This document shows, one piece after another, positions 12,030 through 24,807 of a stretch of DNA of 64,000 bases. This DNA is from Octopus vulgaris (Eukaryota). Positions within the stretch are counted from its first letter, which is position 1. Each line of letters begins with the position of its first letter. Location: positions 48,918,001 through 48,982,000 of the forward strand of contig OX597822.1 of assembly GCA_951406725.2 (NCBI GenBank), given 5' to 3'. Made by a program: the position numbers and the translations under genes. Under the pieces are notes generated by a model. It was not told where the DNA came from and searched no databases. It worked only from the letters and a program-made list of their open reading frames with translations.

Positions 12030-13412
12030 AAGAATAATTACAGAGGTATCAAATTGTTGGATCAGGTGATGAAAGTCAATAGCAGAGGAATTCAAGACAG
12101 GCTGCTCCTCGGAGCTCCTCTATGCTGATGACCTAATAGCTGAGTCATTATCAGAACTAGAGAAGAAGTTTCAGGCGTGGAAGCAAGGTCTAGAAATCAA
12201 AGGGCCTTAGCATCAATCTAGAAAGAACTAAAGTCTTAGTAAGTAGGAAGGCAGACAAATCACAAATCCCTTCGGGTAGATGGCCCTGCTCAATCTGTAG
12301 AAAAGGGATAGGTAGAAACTCTATAAGAAGTACCTGTTGTATGCTATGGACACATAAGAGGTGCAGCAATATCAAGGGAATGTTAACTGGGAGGATAGTT
12401 TTTGTGTGTGGCAGATGCACAGGGGCAATAAACATCAAAGATGTACAGAAAACAGATTCCATCACATGCTAAGGGAAAAAACTAGAAGTAGTTAATAGCT
12501 TCCATTACCTAGGTGACCAAGTCAGTTGGGGGGGGGGGGGGTGTGTGAATGCTCTGAGAGCACAGCTGCTAGAATAAGAACAGCCTGGACAAAGTTCAGG
12601 GAGCTCTTACCTCTGTTGGTAACAAAGGGCTTTTCACTCAGCATGAAAGGTAGATTATATGATGGGCTGTGACTGCTGAGGACATGCATAGGCTTGAAAG
12701 AAACGAAGCTGGTATGCTCCACTGGATGTGTAATGTCAGTGTGCATACACGACTGAGTGTAAGTGCCCCGAAAGAAAAGTTGGGCATAAGAAGCATCAGA
12801 TGTGGTCATGTGTTGCATATGGATAAGGACAGCTGTGGGAAGAAGTGTCACACTTTAACAATGGAAGGAACCTGTGAAAGAGGTAGACCCAGGAAGACAT
12901 GGGATGAGGTGGTGAAGCATGATCTTCAAACATTGGGCCTCACAGAGGCAATGACAAATGACTGAGACCTTTGGAGATATGGTGTGTTTGAGAAGACTGG
13001 CAAGCCAAGTGAGATCATAGCTGCAGCCAATACCAGTGTCACATAACTGGCCTATTTAAAAGTAGCCTTCAATTGTTGAGCGATATGCTGTGCTTGAGAA
13101 AACCTGTGGAGTCAAGTGAGATTGTAGTTGTGGCTGATGCCAGTGCCGCCTGATTGGCACCCATACTAGTGGCATGTAAAGAGCACCATTCAAGCGTGGA
13201 CAATGCCAGTGCTGTCTGACTGGCCCCTGTGCTGGTGGCACATAAAAAGCATCCACTACACTCTTGAAGTGGTTGGTGTTAGGAAAGGCATCTAGCTGTA
13301 GGAACCTTGCCAGATCGATTGGAGTCTGGAGCAACCTCCTAGTTTGTCAGCACTCAGTGAAACCATCCAACCCATGCCAGCATGGAAAGCAGATGTTAAA
13401 TGATGATGATGA
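12030..13412 (+). mobile_element. RTE-clade LINE 3' fragments with (GAT)n tail
   Basis: ELLYADDL-like motif ~12115; RLERNEAGMLHWMC..GRPRKTWDEVVKHDL; tail CCAACCCATGCCAGCATGGAAAGCAGATGTTAAATGATGATGAT. Confidence 0.85.
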
Positions 13413-14935
13413 TACATGTTTCCTGGAGTATATAATATCAATAATAATAATAATAAGGATTATTATGATGTGGCATAGCATTAAGATACACGCAAATGAG
13501 AAAATTCATTTAAACAACAACAAAATTATATATTGTGTTTTGATAAACCAGATTATTCCTTCAAACCCATTGATATGTTTGCAATATATATTGACTTTAT
13601 TTTTCAATCTTATCTCTACTTTTGTACAGATAAGACCAGTGTCACATCCCCTTTATATTTGTTTCCAAAGCAATCAGATTAATGCTATGTCAATTATATT
13701 TTCACCTACATCTTTGTCAACTTAATAGTATGTCAAGTGTATTTTCAGTATTATTTCTGTTTCTAATCTGATAAAAACCATTGTTTTGCCGATTTTATTT
13801 TCAGTATTTTATCTGCTTTTAAGTAGATAAAGACCAATGTTACATCAGCTATATTTTTAGAATTCTTTGTTAGCAAACAGATGAGACTGATGCTATATAA
13901 ACTTTATTTATGATTTAATTTCTGATATTCAGAGCTTGACCAGCTGAGATTATAAACTGTTGAACAACATTACCAACTTATTGATAGTTAGTTTGTGTCC
14001 TGTTCATGGTGGTGGTGGGAGTAACATAGCAATCCAATACAGCATCTTGACCAAACAGCTGAGTAATGAAGAAACCAGACCACTTACTAGAAATAGAAGC
14101 CAAATCACCCTCAACATATTTGATAATATGGACCTAAAGATATTATCTATGAAAAATAAATCAATAGTATGGGTATGCCTGGAAGCATTTTGTCCTAAAA
14201 ATAACTGATAATATAAATATTCCATCATAGACTATGGGCATTGCCCTTTCTTCTTGCATTAAAGGATTAATATCCTATGCGTTCCTGAGATTAAGGCACT
14301 CACTTTCATTCTTTGGCTGAGTTTGACTAATTCTAAGTTGTTATTGTTGTTATGTAGCCCCAGAGTCAGCCCTGACCAACTAAGCTTTTTATCAAAGGGA
14401 TTCCAATCAGACCAACTAACCAAATCCTATAGCCTAAGGAGGCTGTTGGTGCTTAGAAAGAGACCAGTGTCCTCTGCCCATCTTTCCCAGTCCTCAGTCA
14501 AACCAGGGGCCAACTAATCCAATATAGCATTTGAGTTTAGATGCACTATCATGATATGCTTCAAGAGAGAGAGAGAACACTGGTGGTGCCTGTCTTCTCT
14601 GGTGTATTGCTGATGATAGATGTAACTCATGTGTGGAGGAAATATATCAAATTTTAACTTCAAAAAAGAAACTTCTTAACAACAGACAAGAACATGTTTT
14701 ATCTTGTAAACACTCTTCAAAATATGTGCTTAGAAAATATAATTAAATTGAATTGACTATTTGGAGGATTATTGGGTATTAAAGTATAAACTATTTTAGA
14801 TAAATGTTATATTGTTATATAATCTTTAGAATGTATATATATACATGTAGATATATGTGTATATATATATGTGTGTGTGTGTGTGTATAAATCTTGCTTC
14901 AGATTTGTAATTTAGATAGATGTATATATATATAC

Positions 14936-14972
<37 letters not shown>

Positions 14973-15256
14973 TAATAAATTGATTAGAATTATTTATTTA
15001 TTATCAATATTTTATCAATATAATACTAAAGATTTATTAATCTAAAAGTATATTGTGTGTAAATTATTTTATAATAATGTTTATTTAAATTCCATTATAT
15101 TATAACTTATATAATTCTATATTAGCTATAATTATTTTAAATAGTTAGTAGGTTTTAAATTTGTAAAAATTATAATTATAAATTTATTTTTAATTTATTT
15201 TACTATTATTTAATAGATGTATTTATTTTTTATATATTTATCTGAATATATATGTA

Positions 15257-15945
15257 AGTATTTTCCGGAGACAGCGCAGGTGAAAGATATTTAGGCAACG
15301 TTCCTGGCGTGTGGATGGCGTCCAAGTCTCATTTCCATACAGTGGAGTGCTAAGTACACATGCCTGGTAAATCTTCATTTTTGTGGTTTTGGTCAGCTTA
15401 TTGTTGTCCCATGCCCATTTGGAGAGTTGGGCCATCACAGCAGCTGCCTTGCCAATGCGTATATTGAGCTCAGCATCAAGGGATAGGTTGTAGGTGATGG
15501 TAGAGCCAAGATAGGTAAACCTCTCCACCTCCTGTTGTCTTAGGTCTCCAATATGTATGTCTGGGATGTCCGATGTAGCCTGACCCATGATGTTGGTCTT
15601 CTTGTGGCTGATAACTAAGCCAAAGTTACCTCTACGGAGAGCTTGCTAGGGGCACTAGGTCTGTGAGAAGACCGTTCTCACAATACAAGAATGTTTGCAA
15701 AAGGGACATGAAGGCCTGCAAATTCAATATTAGCAACTGGGAAGCTGTTGTTAGCAACCGTGAAGATTGGCGACGTATCGTAAAAGAAGGAACACAAAGG
15801 AGTGACAGATAGAGAGAGAGGAGAGATGAAAAGACATCAACAAGAAACTATGACATCACAACCAGCCAGGCAAAGTCTTAGCTATATTTGCGGCACCTGC
15901 CAGAGGGAGTGTTTGTCCAGGATAGGACTACACAGCCACAGCTTA
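15257..15945. mobile_element. RTE-like LINE fragment with inverted 5' part
   Basis: Minus 15257-15626: VERFTYLGSTIT..RIGKA..YQACVLSTPLYGNETW..FHLRCLRKIL. Plus 15627-15945: LYGELARGTRSVRRP..YKNVCKRDMK..WEAVVSNREDWRR. Confidence 0.85.
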
Positions 15946-16779
15946 ATGTGACTGAGGACTATTTGCTCATCACTAGAGGCCAGTACACCAAACATCCATG
16001 TGAGATCTTTTCTGAGGGTTTCATCGCAGCATTCAAGAAGCTGGAAGATAACGTCATTACCCATAAGGCGAGTGGCTTGTTTGTAGTCTGACCATCTCTG
16101 CTCAAAGTAAGCCCACTCCTCGCTAGTTCCAGAGATATTTTTTAATATCTTGAAATTATCTCCCCTTTTTCTTTGAGAATTATAACTGCATTTTTTTTTT
16201 GTTTCTTTTTCTAAGAGGGAAATGTTTTTAGAGAATTATAACTAAACACACATATTTTATCATTTATTACATTGCATTTAATTTGCCAGACATTATTCAT
16301 TTCATTATCCATCATCTTTTCCTTCACATTTCAGGTATACTGAAGACCCTTTTTTTCATTGCTTCAGTCTACGTAAATAAAGTGTTGGTGAAAGTAAAGA
16401 GTTGTCAGGCTTATTTATGACAAAAAGCATACCTGACTGTGCCATAAGTTGGCCTGCAAACACTCCCGTAGAGGTACTGACCCACCTCATCGATCTTCAT
16501 TGGGCCATTGCCCATCAGATGGTTGTGCAACTGGCTGCTCCCATGAAAGTCTCACCTGAGAAGGTCTGCCACTCTGTTATCTCCACAGCTGGAACTAGCG
16601 AGGAGTGGGCTTACTTTGAGCAGAGATGGTGAGACTACAAACAAACCACTCGCCTTATGAGTAATGATGTTATCTTCCAGCTTCTTGAATGCTGTGATGA
16701 AACCCTCAGAAAAGATCTCACATGGCTGTTTGGTGTACTGGCCTCCAGTGATGAGCAAACAGTCCTCAGTCACATTAAG
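15942..16779. repeat. 191-bp inverted repeat (arms 15942-16132 and 16589-16779)
   Basis: Manual alignment shows 8 mismatches in 191 nt, no gaps. Confidence 0.95.
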
Positions 16780-18213
16780 TCCCTGTCTGTCTGCCAAGAA
16801 AATGTCATGGTTGCTCGTGTGCAGCTACAACAGTTGTGCCAGGACTGGGATGAACACGTCAGGTGCTTCGCTGCGTGTTTTTGAGGGCAGGCAGGTGTCT
16901 ACAACTTCAAGGTGGAATGCCCTTCATAGGCCTGCAATGCCATGATTGATTACAGCGACATCGTAGTCTGTGATGCTCTCATACATGGTTTGGAGGACGA
17001 GGAGATCCACCTCGACATCCTGGGTGACTCCAAGCAAGACATGACTCTGAAAGCCCTGAGGTACGTTGAAGCAAAAGAAAGCAGAAAATGCTCAGCCAGC
17101 CAGCTCATCCACCTCGACATCCTGGGTGACTCCAAGCAAGACATGACTCTGGAAAAAGCCCTGAGGTACGTTGAAGCAAAAGAAAGCAGAAAATGCTCAG
17201 CCAGCCAGCTCATGGGCCACAGCACTACCTCAGCCACCATGGCCTCCAGCTTATATAGGCACCAGGAGTGGCACCACCTAGTCAATAAATCCGGTGAACC
17301 CTGTGACACACCCATCTCTACCCCCTGCAGTCACTGTGGAAAGCGCATGACCATGGATGTCATGTACAAGAACACATGAGCAAAGGCCCTGCCTACAACC
17401 ACAAGTGCACCTACATGTGGCATCCTGCATCACTATGAGAGTGTCTGCTGCTAACAATGCCATCCCCAGTGACAGGCTCAAACTAACGCAGCTGACATGG
17501 AAACCCACACATTTGCAATATTCAACAGTCTGTGCCTTGTGGTTGATCTCTCTGATAAATCCTCTACCCAAGCAATAATTCTTCACCACCATGTGTATAA
17601 TGAGCTCTGTGATGCCTAGGTGAAAGGCTCTTCTGACTCCCATCCCTTTGTCACTATCTTCATAGAAGCTGACGCAGCTGACACAAAGGCATTGGGCTTC
17701 CCCACTTCTCTTTTATGACTGACTGCAGTTAACCTTCACAATGCTATGGCAGACACTGGATGCTAGCCATGCCTGGCTGGGACAAGCCTCCTATCCAAAC
17801 TGGGCCTGGACCAGTGCCACCTTATACCAGTCAATATGAAAATGACTGCCGTTAACAGCAGCCCCATAGATATCATCAGTGCCCTAATCCTACACATATC
17901 TGGGAATGCCCCATCCTTTGTGAAGTGCATGACCTGTCAAATCGTCTACACCACTCCTTCAACTGATAAACTTTTCCTCTCCAAGCAAGCCTGTGTTGCC
18001 TCTGTGATGATTCCTCCCCACTTTACCATGATTGGAGAAAGCTGTGGGAATGTTGGCACCCCACTGGTAACAACAATAATGTGGCTGCTTCCGATGACTG
18101 ACACCACCCCTTTCTCTCACTTCACTATTATTCCTGGCTACTTAGGAGAACTGTTGTCGCCTGAAGAGGTGGCTGCTAGAATACTGCAGCTTCAGCACAT
18201 ACAACGTCTGTGA
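16400..18213 (+). mobile_element. Decayed Gypsy-like gag-protease region
   Basis: SEEWAYFEQRW, QLLECCDETLRKDL, aspartic-protease-like MADTGC*..LAG at ~17746; stops and frameshifts. Confidence 0.8.
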
Positions 18214-18246
18214 TCACTCACACACACATACTTACATTGTCATCAT

Positions 18247-18303
18247 TTAATGTCTGGACTGACTTTAATGTCTGGACTGACTTTAATGTCTGGACTGACT
18301 TTA
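18247..18303. repeat. 18-bp tandem repeat (TTTAATGTCTGGACTGAC) x3
   Basis: Directly visible. Confidence 0.9.
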
Positions 18304-19686
18304 TTGAGACAGATTTTCTATAGCTGGATGTCTTTCCTGTTACCAAACCCTCACCTACTTCCTAGCAAGTGGCCAGACATGTTTTTCATATCGTCATCAT
18401 CGTTTAACATCCGCTTTCCATGCTAGCATGAGTTGGATGAATGACTGAGGACTGGCAAACCAGATGGCTGCACCAGGCTCCAATCTTGATCTGGCAGAGT
18501 TTCTACAGCTGGATGCCCTTCCTAATGCCAACCACTCCGAGAGTATAGTGGGTGCTTTTACATGCTACTGGCATGGGGCCAGTCAGGCGGTACTGGCAAT
18601 GACCTCACTCGAATATTTTACACATGCCACTGGCACAGGTGCCAGTAAGGTGATGGAAATTAATAACCTTGCTTGTATGACAGTGATGCTTATTTACAAC
18701 CATCAAGTGATACACAAATGCAAGCACACACACATGCACACAAACATGTACATAAATACAATGAATCTCTTTCACTTTTGTTTATCAAATCCATGCACAA
18801 GGCTTTGGTTGGTCTGGCACTAAAGTAGAAGACATGCCCAAAGTACTGCACAGTGGAACTGAACCCAAGACCACATAGTTAGGAGAGCAAGCTTTTTAAC
18901 AACACAACTATGTCTGTGGCTACACACACACGGTTGTGTGGTAAGAAGTTTGCTTCTCAACCACATCGTTCTGGAATCAATCCTATTGTAAGTGTTTTCT
19001 ATTACATCCCTGGGCCGTCTGACTGACCAAATTATGATGCAACGTTTGGCCAAAAATATTCGTAACTTTTTTCTACATATAGCTTGTTTACCAACCACAT
19101 GGTTCCAGGTTCAGTCCCAAAAGAAACTGATAGAATAAGTACTGGGCTTACAAAAGATTAAGTCCCAGGGTTGAGTTGCTCGATTAAAGGCGGTGCTCCA
19201 GCATGGCCGCAGTCAAATGACTGAAATAAGTAAAAGAGTATATAAATTAGTCCACTGATTTCCGGGCTTGGTTAGACTACATTATGCTGACAATGGTTTC
19301 CTAGACTGGATCATATTCATAGTTGTCCCTTGCCTGAAAACTAATATTAGTCTATTCTTTCCTTAAGCATGTAAATTAATTTGGGAAATCAATTCTTAAT
19401 TTTCTGAAAATATCCTCCCTTTTCATTTGAGAGTTGTTAACTATTGCTTGTAGGGCTTTTGTTTTTTTTTCCTCCAACTAAGAGGAGATTTTCAAATAAT
19501 TACAAATTATTTTGTGTATCATCATTTAACTTAATTATTTAAGTCCACGTCATTAACCCATTTGTGTTAGTTCCTGTTGCTCATTTTTATTTTTTTATTT
19601 TTAACTGATATAGTAGCTACTTACTTTACTTGATATATATATATATAGCTACATGTCTTAAAGTGATATTTATATTTCTCTTTCAG

Positions 19687-19726
19687 TTGATATTCCTCCT
19701 GACCTTTGGGATTAATTCTTCTACAA
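19687..19726 (+). CDS. NAGLU: NAGLU exon 2 (LIFLLTFGINSST), phase 0/1
   Basis: ctctttcAG acceptor, GTAAGT donor, 40 nt; hydrophobic signal-peptide core; phase fits exon 3. Confidence 0.8.
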
Positions 19727-19815
19727 GTAAGTCTGTATCTCACATTATTGTTGTTGTTGTCGTTACTGCTGCTTGTTTGTTTATTTGTTTAGCAAAGCGG
19801 TCTTCGTCACAGTTG

Positions 19816-20151
19816 TAGTGGGAGAAGTCCGAAACGTGGTCCTTTTCTATTCGTAAGACCCGCAGAAGAGAAAGCAGGTCAACCCCCGACACCAAGAGCA
19901 TCGATGGATGGATGAATGCGTATCCAGGCTCAGTGGTTGCGTAGGAAGTCGGGGACAAGAAACAGGAAGAAAGAGTGAGAGAAAGTTGGAGTGAAAGAGT
20001 GCAACAGGGGTCACTACAACCCCCTGCCGGAGCCTCGTGGAGCTTTAGGTGTTTTCACTCAATAAACACACACAACGCCCGGTCTGGGAATCGAAACCAT
20101 GATCCTCTGACTGCGAGTCTGCTGCCCTAACCACTGGGCCATTGCGCCTTC
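19816..20151 (-). mobile_element. tRNA-derived SINE
   Basis: Minus-strand head GGCGCAATGGCCCAGTGGTTAGGGCAGCAGACTCGCAG..GGTTTCGATTCCCAGACC (A/B boxes); head shared with 36490-36876. Confidence 0.8.
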
Positions 20152-20189
20152 ACTGCTGCTACTATTGCTGCAACTACTACTACTTAATT

Positions 20190-20596
20190 GGTGAGCTGGC
20201 AGAACCATTAGCACACTGGGCTTAGTGCATTTCATCTGTCTTATGTTCTGAATTCAAACTCTGCCATGGTTGACATTGTTTTTTATCCTTTCAGGGTTGA
20301 TAAAATAAATACCAGTCAGATACTGGTGTTAATACAATCGACTTCCCTGTCCTCTCAAAAGCCACTGGTCTTGTGCCAAAATTATTATTGTTATTATAAT
20401 AACAATAATAATAATGATGATTTCAAATTTTGGCACAAGGCCAGCAAGTTCAGCGAAGGGGATAAGTTGATTATGTTGATCCCAGTGTTCAACTGGTACT
20501 TACTTTATTGACCCCATAAGAATTTGAACTCAGAAGGTAAAGGCAGATGAAATGCGGCTAAGCATTTTGCCTGGCATGGTAAGGATTCTGCCAACT
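20190..20596. mobile_element. Two tail-to-tail copies of the Meta-domain-like SINE sharing an (AAT)n tract
   Basis: Plus copy ~20190-20380 and minus copy ~20422-20596 match the 26893 family. Confidence 0.7.
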
Positions 20597-21184
20597 TGTT
20601 GCCTCGATAATAATAATAATAACAACAACAACAACAACAGCCACCACCGCTGCCACCGCCGCCACCACCACCACCAAAGCACTCAGAGAGCGCAGACCTC
20701 CGCCAGGCAGCTCATTCCCACCCATATACACGCATGCTGAAAATTGCCCAATTTCCCAAACCAACGCCGGCAAAAACTTAACCTCCTCCCATACTTATCT
20801 TGACCATTGCCATCATCAAGACTGTTTCTGCTTTCACCACAATCACCATCAAAACTACAATCACCACAATCAGTTTCTTTACACAGCTGAAAATCCATTA
20901 TCCGATACTCATGGGACCGAGATTGTTGCAGATTTTTGATTTTTCTAATTTCGGAGTGCTTTATTAAAAAGAAAAAAATTCATCTTCAAAACGGAACAGT
21001 TTGAGGATAGAAACCAGGTCTAAACACAATAACTTATAGATATACTCTGAATGTAGTTCTATATAAACTTTAATAATTGTTTTTATACTTAAGACCATCA
21101 GAAATGTTAAGATATCAGCCTCTACTCACGTTGTCATGCTTTGATTAAAAGGTTACAGCATAAATTAGATTAATTAGATAAGTT

Positions 21185-21650
21185 TCTGCCGAAGTTGATT
21201 CAGGCCATGTCTACTGTAATAGCACCACTTGGAAGAGATACACAATCAGCTCTGGTGAACCGTTGCCCATTCAAGCAGAGAGTTATTGTTTTCAGAGTCA
21301 TATCTGGGTGTGGGTGGTTTATCTGGTATTTGTTGGGGGTAATCATCTAGGGATCGTTTGAATGCCGTGAAGTCACTTTCCTCCTTTATGTGTGTCTGGT
21401 ACGATGTTGAAGAGAGCAGGGCCAATTGAGGTGAAATAGTTCTGTCATAGTGTTGTGATACGACATGAACATTTCTGTAGTGGACGGATGGCATGGGAGC
21501 CAAGCCTCGGACAAATTTTAAAGATGGGCAATATTGATGGAAGATTTTCCACATGATACAGATGATATAGAGCTCACAGCGGTGGTGGAGGGAGCAGAGC
21601 CTGAGCTTTTTGAGTCAATCCCAATAGTCAAGGCTTGTCATGTTATTCTC
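21185..21650 (-). mobile_element. CR1-group LINE 3' end
   Basis: LDYWD*LKKLRLCSL...YIICIMWKIF and FKRSLDDYPQQIPDKP..NNNSLLEW, typical of a LINE ORF2 C-terminus. Confidence 0.7.
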
Positions 21651-22272
21651 TGCAGACCTCTGCCAAGCAGCTCATTTTAAGATAGATACACAAGTAAAAT
21701 TACTAATAGAGAAACGTAAATAAACTTTGGAAACAGCAATGCCACCATAGGTTACATGCAAACGATGAATGTGTTTTCAAGGGAGATAATCAAAGAACAT
21801 AACATTATAATACTTCATGTAAAGTAAATATAACAAATGAAAAATCCTTCAAGAATCCATAAAATTCCCAGATCACTACCAAAATTTCATCATCTGATCC
21901 TTGTGTCATTACCAAAATTTGAAATCAGCATTTATACCTGCATTATGTTTCATTGGGGTCTGATATCCAATTATCATCAGGTGCGTTATTTCTGGATATG
22001 TACGTAGTACCTAACTGGATTTGAACTAAAAATCTATATTCCTAAACTAAGTGTAGTGGCAAGCCTCTCCACTTGGCTCCTGATGCATATATAATAAATT
22101 TCCATTTTTAGGTTATTTACGTTTATCTTCATAGTCAGTCATATTGAGCTAATGTTAATAACTGGGTTTTTGGTAAGTGAGCTTGTTTGATTTTCATTAA
22201 AGTTTATATAATTTATTTTTCCTGAGCTGTTTCTTCTCTCATAGGTTGTTTTTAACATTTATATTTACACAG

Positions 22273-22430
22273 GGTTTCCAAGTTTTAAGTATTTGAGCAG
22301 CAAAGTTTCACCCGAGGATCAGGCAGTGACTGCTAAAGGTGTTCTACAGCGCCTCATTCCCAATCGTGCCAATGAATTCAACATACATGTGGATCCTCAG
22401 CTGGAAGAAGATGAGAAAGATGTCTTCACC
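22273..22430 (+). CDS. NAGLU: NAGLU exon 3 (FPSFKYL...KGVLQRLIPNRANEFNIHVDPQLEEDEKDVFT), phase 1/0
   Basis: cAG acceptor, GTAATT donor, 158 nt; GH89 N-terminal domain. Confidence 0.93.
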
Positions 22431-22513
22431 GTAATTGATGTTTTATTTTCTTAATATAGATTGGTTTATCATTTATTATTGGTGTAATTTTTCAGAATTT
22501 TCTTTTATTCCTA

Positions 22514-22815
22514 ACTAGCAGTATCGCCCAGCGTTGCTCGGGTTTGTAAGGGAAATAACTATATAAGCATTTTTAGAGAGTTACTTCCCTTATATAACCC
22601 GAGCAAAAATCATTAAAAATGTGGAAAAATGATGGTAAATTTTTTTTTAAATCGTAGACTCATCGTAGACACGTGCTAATACCCAGAAGGGCTCGATATG
22701 AATGACGACTATAAGATAACCGCTTTTGGTTAAACTGCACCGCAAAATGTGGGAGTAAGGAATCTAAATCGGAGGAGACAGAGTTTCACACACACAACTT
22801 CAATTTTATATATAA
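22514..22815 (+). mobile_element. Non-autonomous Helitron/Helentron-like element (internally deleted copy)
   Basis: ACTAGCAGTATCGCCCAGCGTTGCTCGGG start; homologous to 60170-60612 and 61669-62165. Superfamily assignment is inferred from terminal motifs. Confidence 0.6.
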
Positions 22816-24239
22816 AAATATTGTCAAAAGAAGAAGGGCAAGCACATATTGTAACTCTTTCAGGCCTTCTTAGACTAGATTGGGGATATGAATAAGTGAG
22901 GGGAAATTACAATGATTCATGTTCAATTTGAATTGTAGTTTAAAGTTGTTTTTGTTGTTGTTGGGTATCCCCAGTCAGTGGTGTTAAAATAAGCCTTTTG
23001 GTCACTGAGCAAGACACCCAAATTGTGGTGGAGCCTGACATATTTTTGCAGCACATGAACCCAGTGAATATCAAAGTGTACTGTAACGATTGGTGGGTTC
23101 TGCTCTGTGACTGAATCTTCATTGACATCTGGTTAAACTGAGGGAATTTAGAACGAAGTGTTGTGCATCAGAAGTACACAAAAATACCAGCACCAAATTT
23201 GAACTCCTTGATGAGAATGTAGTTTGATAAGTTGTGCATTTGGTCATCTGGTACTGAGGGAAATTCATAGTATGTGCATCTGTTGCTTAGCTCCAGGTAA
23301 TTTCTTATCAAACGGATATGTAACCAAAAACTTTCCATGCATCCTAGACTGTATCTAGAGAAAGGCCACCAAACTTATTAGCATAAAGTCAATCACAGAC
23401 ATATCCTGCCTCTGGTTCACAGGTATACTGTCTCCTCTCTCTACATTTTCCACTGCTACTATAATGGCCTTTGCTCTTCAGAGATAGCCACATCCACTCA
23501 GTTCCTATCAACTTACCCCTCTCTCTTTTCTCTCATCATCTAAATTTTCTTCAATCTACCAGGTCCTGAACTAACCACTATTCCTAGTCCTTCCTTCCCA
23601 GAACATCAGCTATCAGGAATTTTTTCTGCAAATGTTATTCCTGCAGTCATCCACTTGCAACAGTTGCATCAGTCTCATCCGTCTTGAAGTATCTGTATGT
23701 GCCAGAAGCTAACCTCTCCAATTACTCTGTGTTTTTTCAAGTATTATGTATCTACATTATTCAAAGATTACTTCTTTTTATGACAGTTGAATGTGATTTG
23801 AGAGGAATTTAGCTACTATTTCTGGCAGGTCCTGTGACCTGGTAATAATTCTCTTGTTACTTCAAAAGAGCTGTTTGTTGAGGTTCCAAGAAAGCAAGGT
23901 TTAAAGCAATATGTTGCTGAAGAGATTGTTGTTTAACTTTATGTCATCCCTGGATTAGCAAACCTATGATCAAAGCAAAGAATGCTTTGATCATAGGTCT
24001 GCTAGTCCAAGGATGGTCTAATATTTTCCCAAGACACTGTATCTAAAACTACATTATCTATTGTGCTCTTCCTTGTTTTAAGATGGTTAAATATAAGTTA
24101 AGAGAAATTTGACTGCTATTTCTAGCATGTAAACTGACCATATAAAGACCCCTTCTTTTTTACCTTGAATAGTTTTGTTTATCTGCCCAATGGTTTCATT
24201 TCATTTTATGATAAAGTTTTCTTTTCTTTTTAATTTTAG

Positions 24240-24430
24240 CTTGTAACAGACCCTGCTACTGGAAAGTTGAATATCTCAGGAAATACAGGTGTAGTTGCTG
24301 TCTGGGGTTTCTACCACTACTTAAAGTATCATTGTGGATGCCATGTTGCTTGGGGTGGTTCACAGCTTAAAATACCTAAGCCTTTACCTGTAATTCCAGC
24401 TCCTGCTCACAAGATGAAATCAAATGACAA
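24240..24430 (+). CDS. NAGLU: NAGLU exon 4 (LVTDP..ISGNTGVVAVWGFYHYLKYHCGCHVAWGGSQL..SND), phase 0/2
   Basis: tAG acceptor, GTATGT donor, 191 nt; matches human [21 protein letters not shown] as recalled. Confidence 0.95.
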
Positions 24431-24807
24431 GTATGTGGGATTTGACCTCTCATTTAATTTCTCTGTTAATTAGACTTTAGAATAAATTTGATGAGGAAGA
24501 GATGATCCCTATGAAGGGATCAGTTAGTGCTTGCTGAAGCTGGAGTGCCGTTTGCTAACGGTGAAAAAAAAATATAAAGTATAGTAGAAGAGGATGACCA
24601 TGGAAGACTTGTTGAAGAAATATTCAGGATTGATCTCAAGATATTGATTTTCATTGAAGAGGAAGTGATGATTTTTTTGTATTGCAGAATTGTATGTCTT
24701 TTATTAGTGAGAAAAAAGGAATGTTAAAATGATATTAATGATGATGATAGCAGTGGTAGTGATGAGGATGATAATGGTTGTGGTGATGACAAGGATGATC
24801 ACCATGA

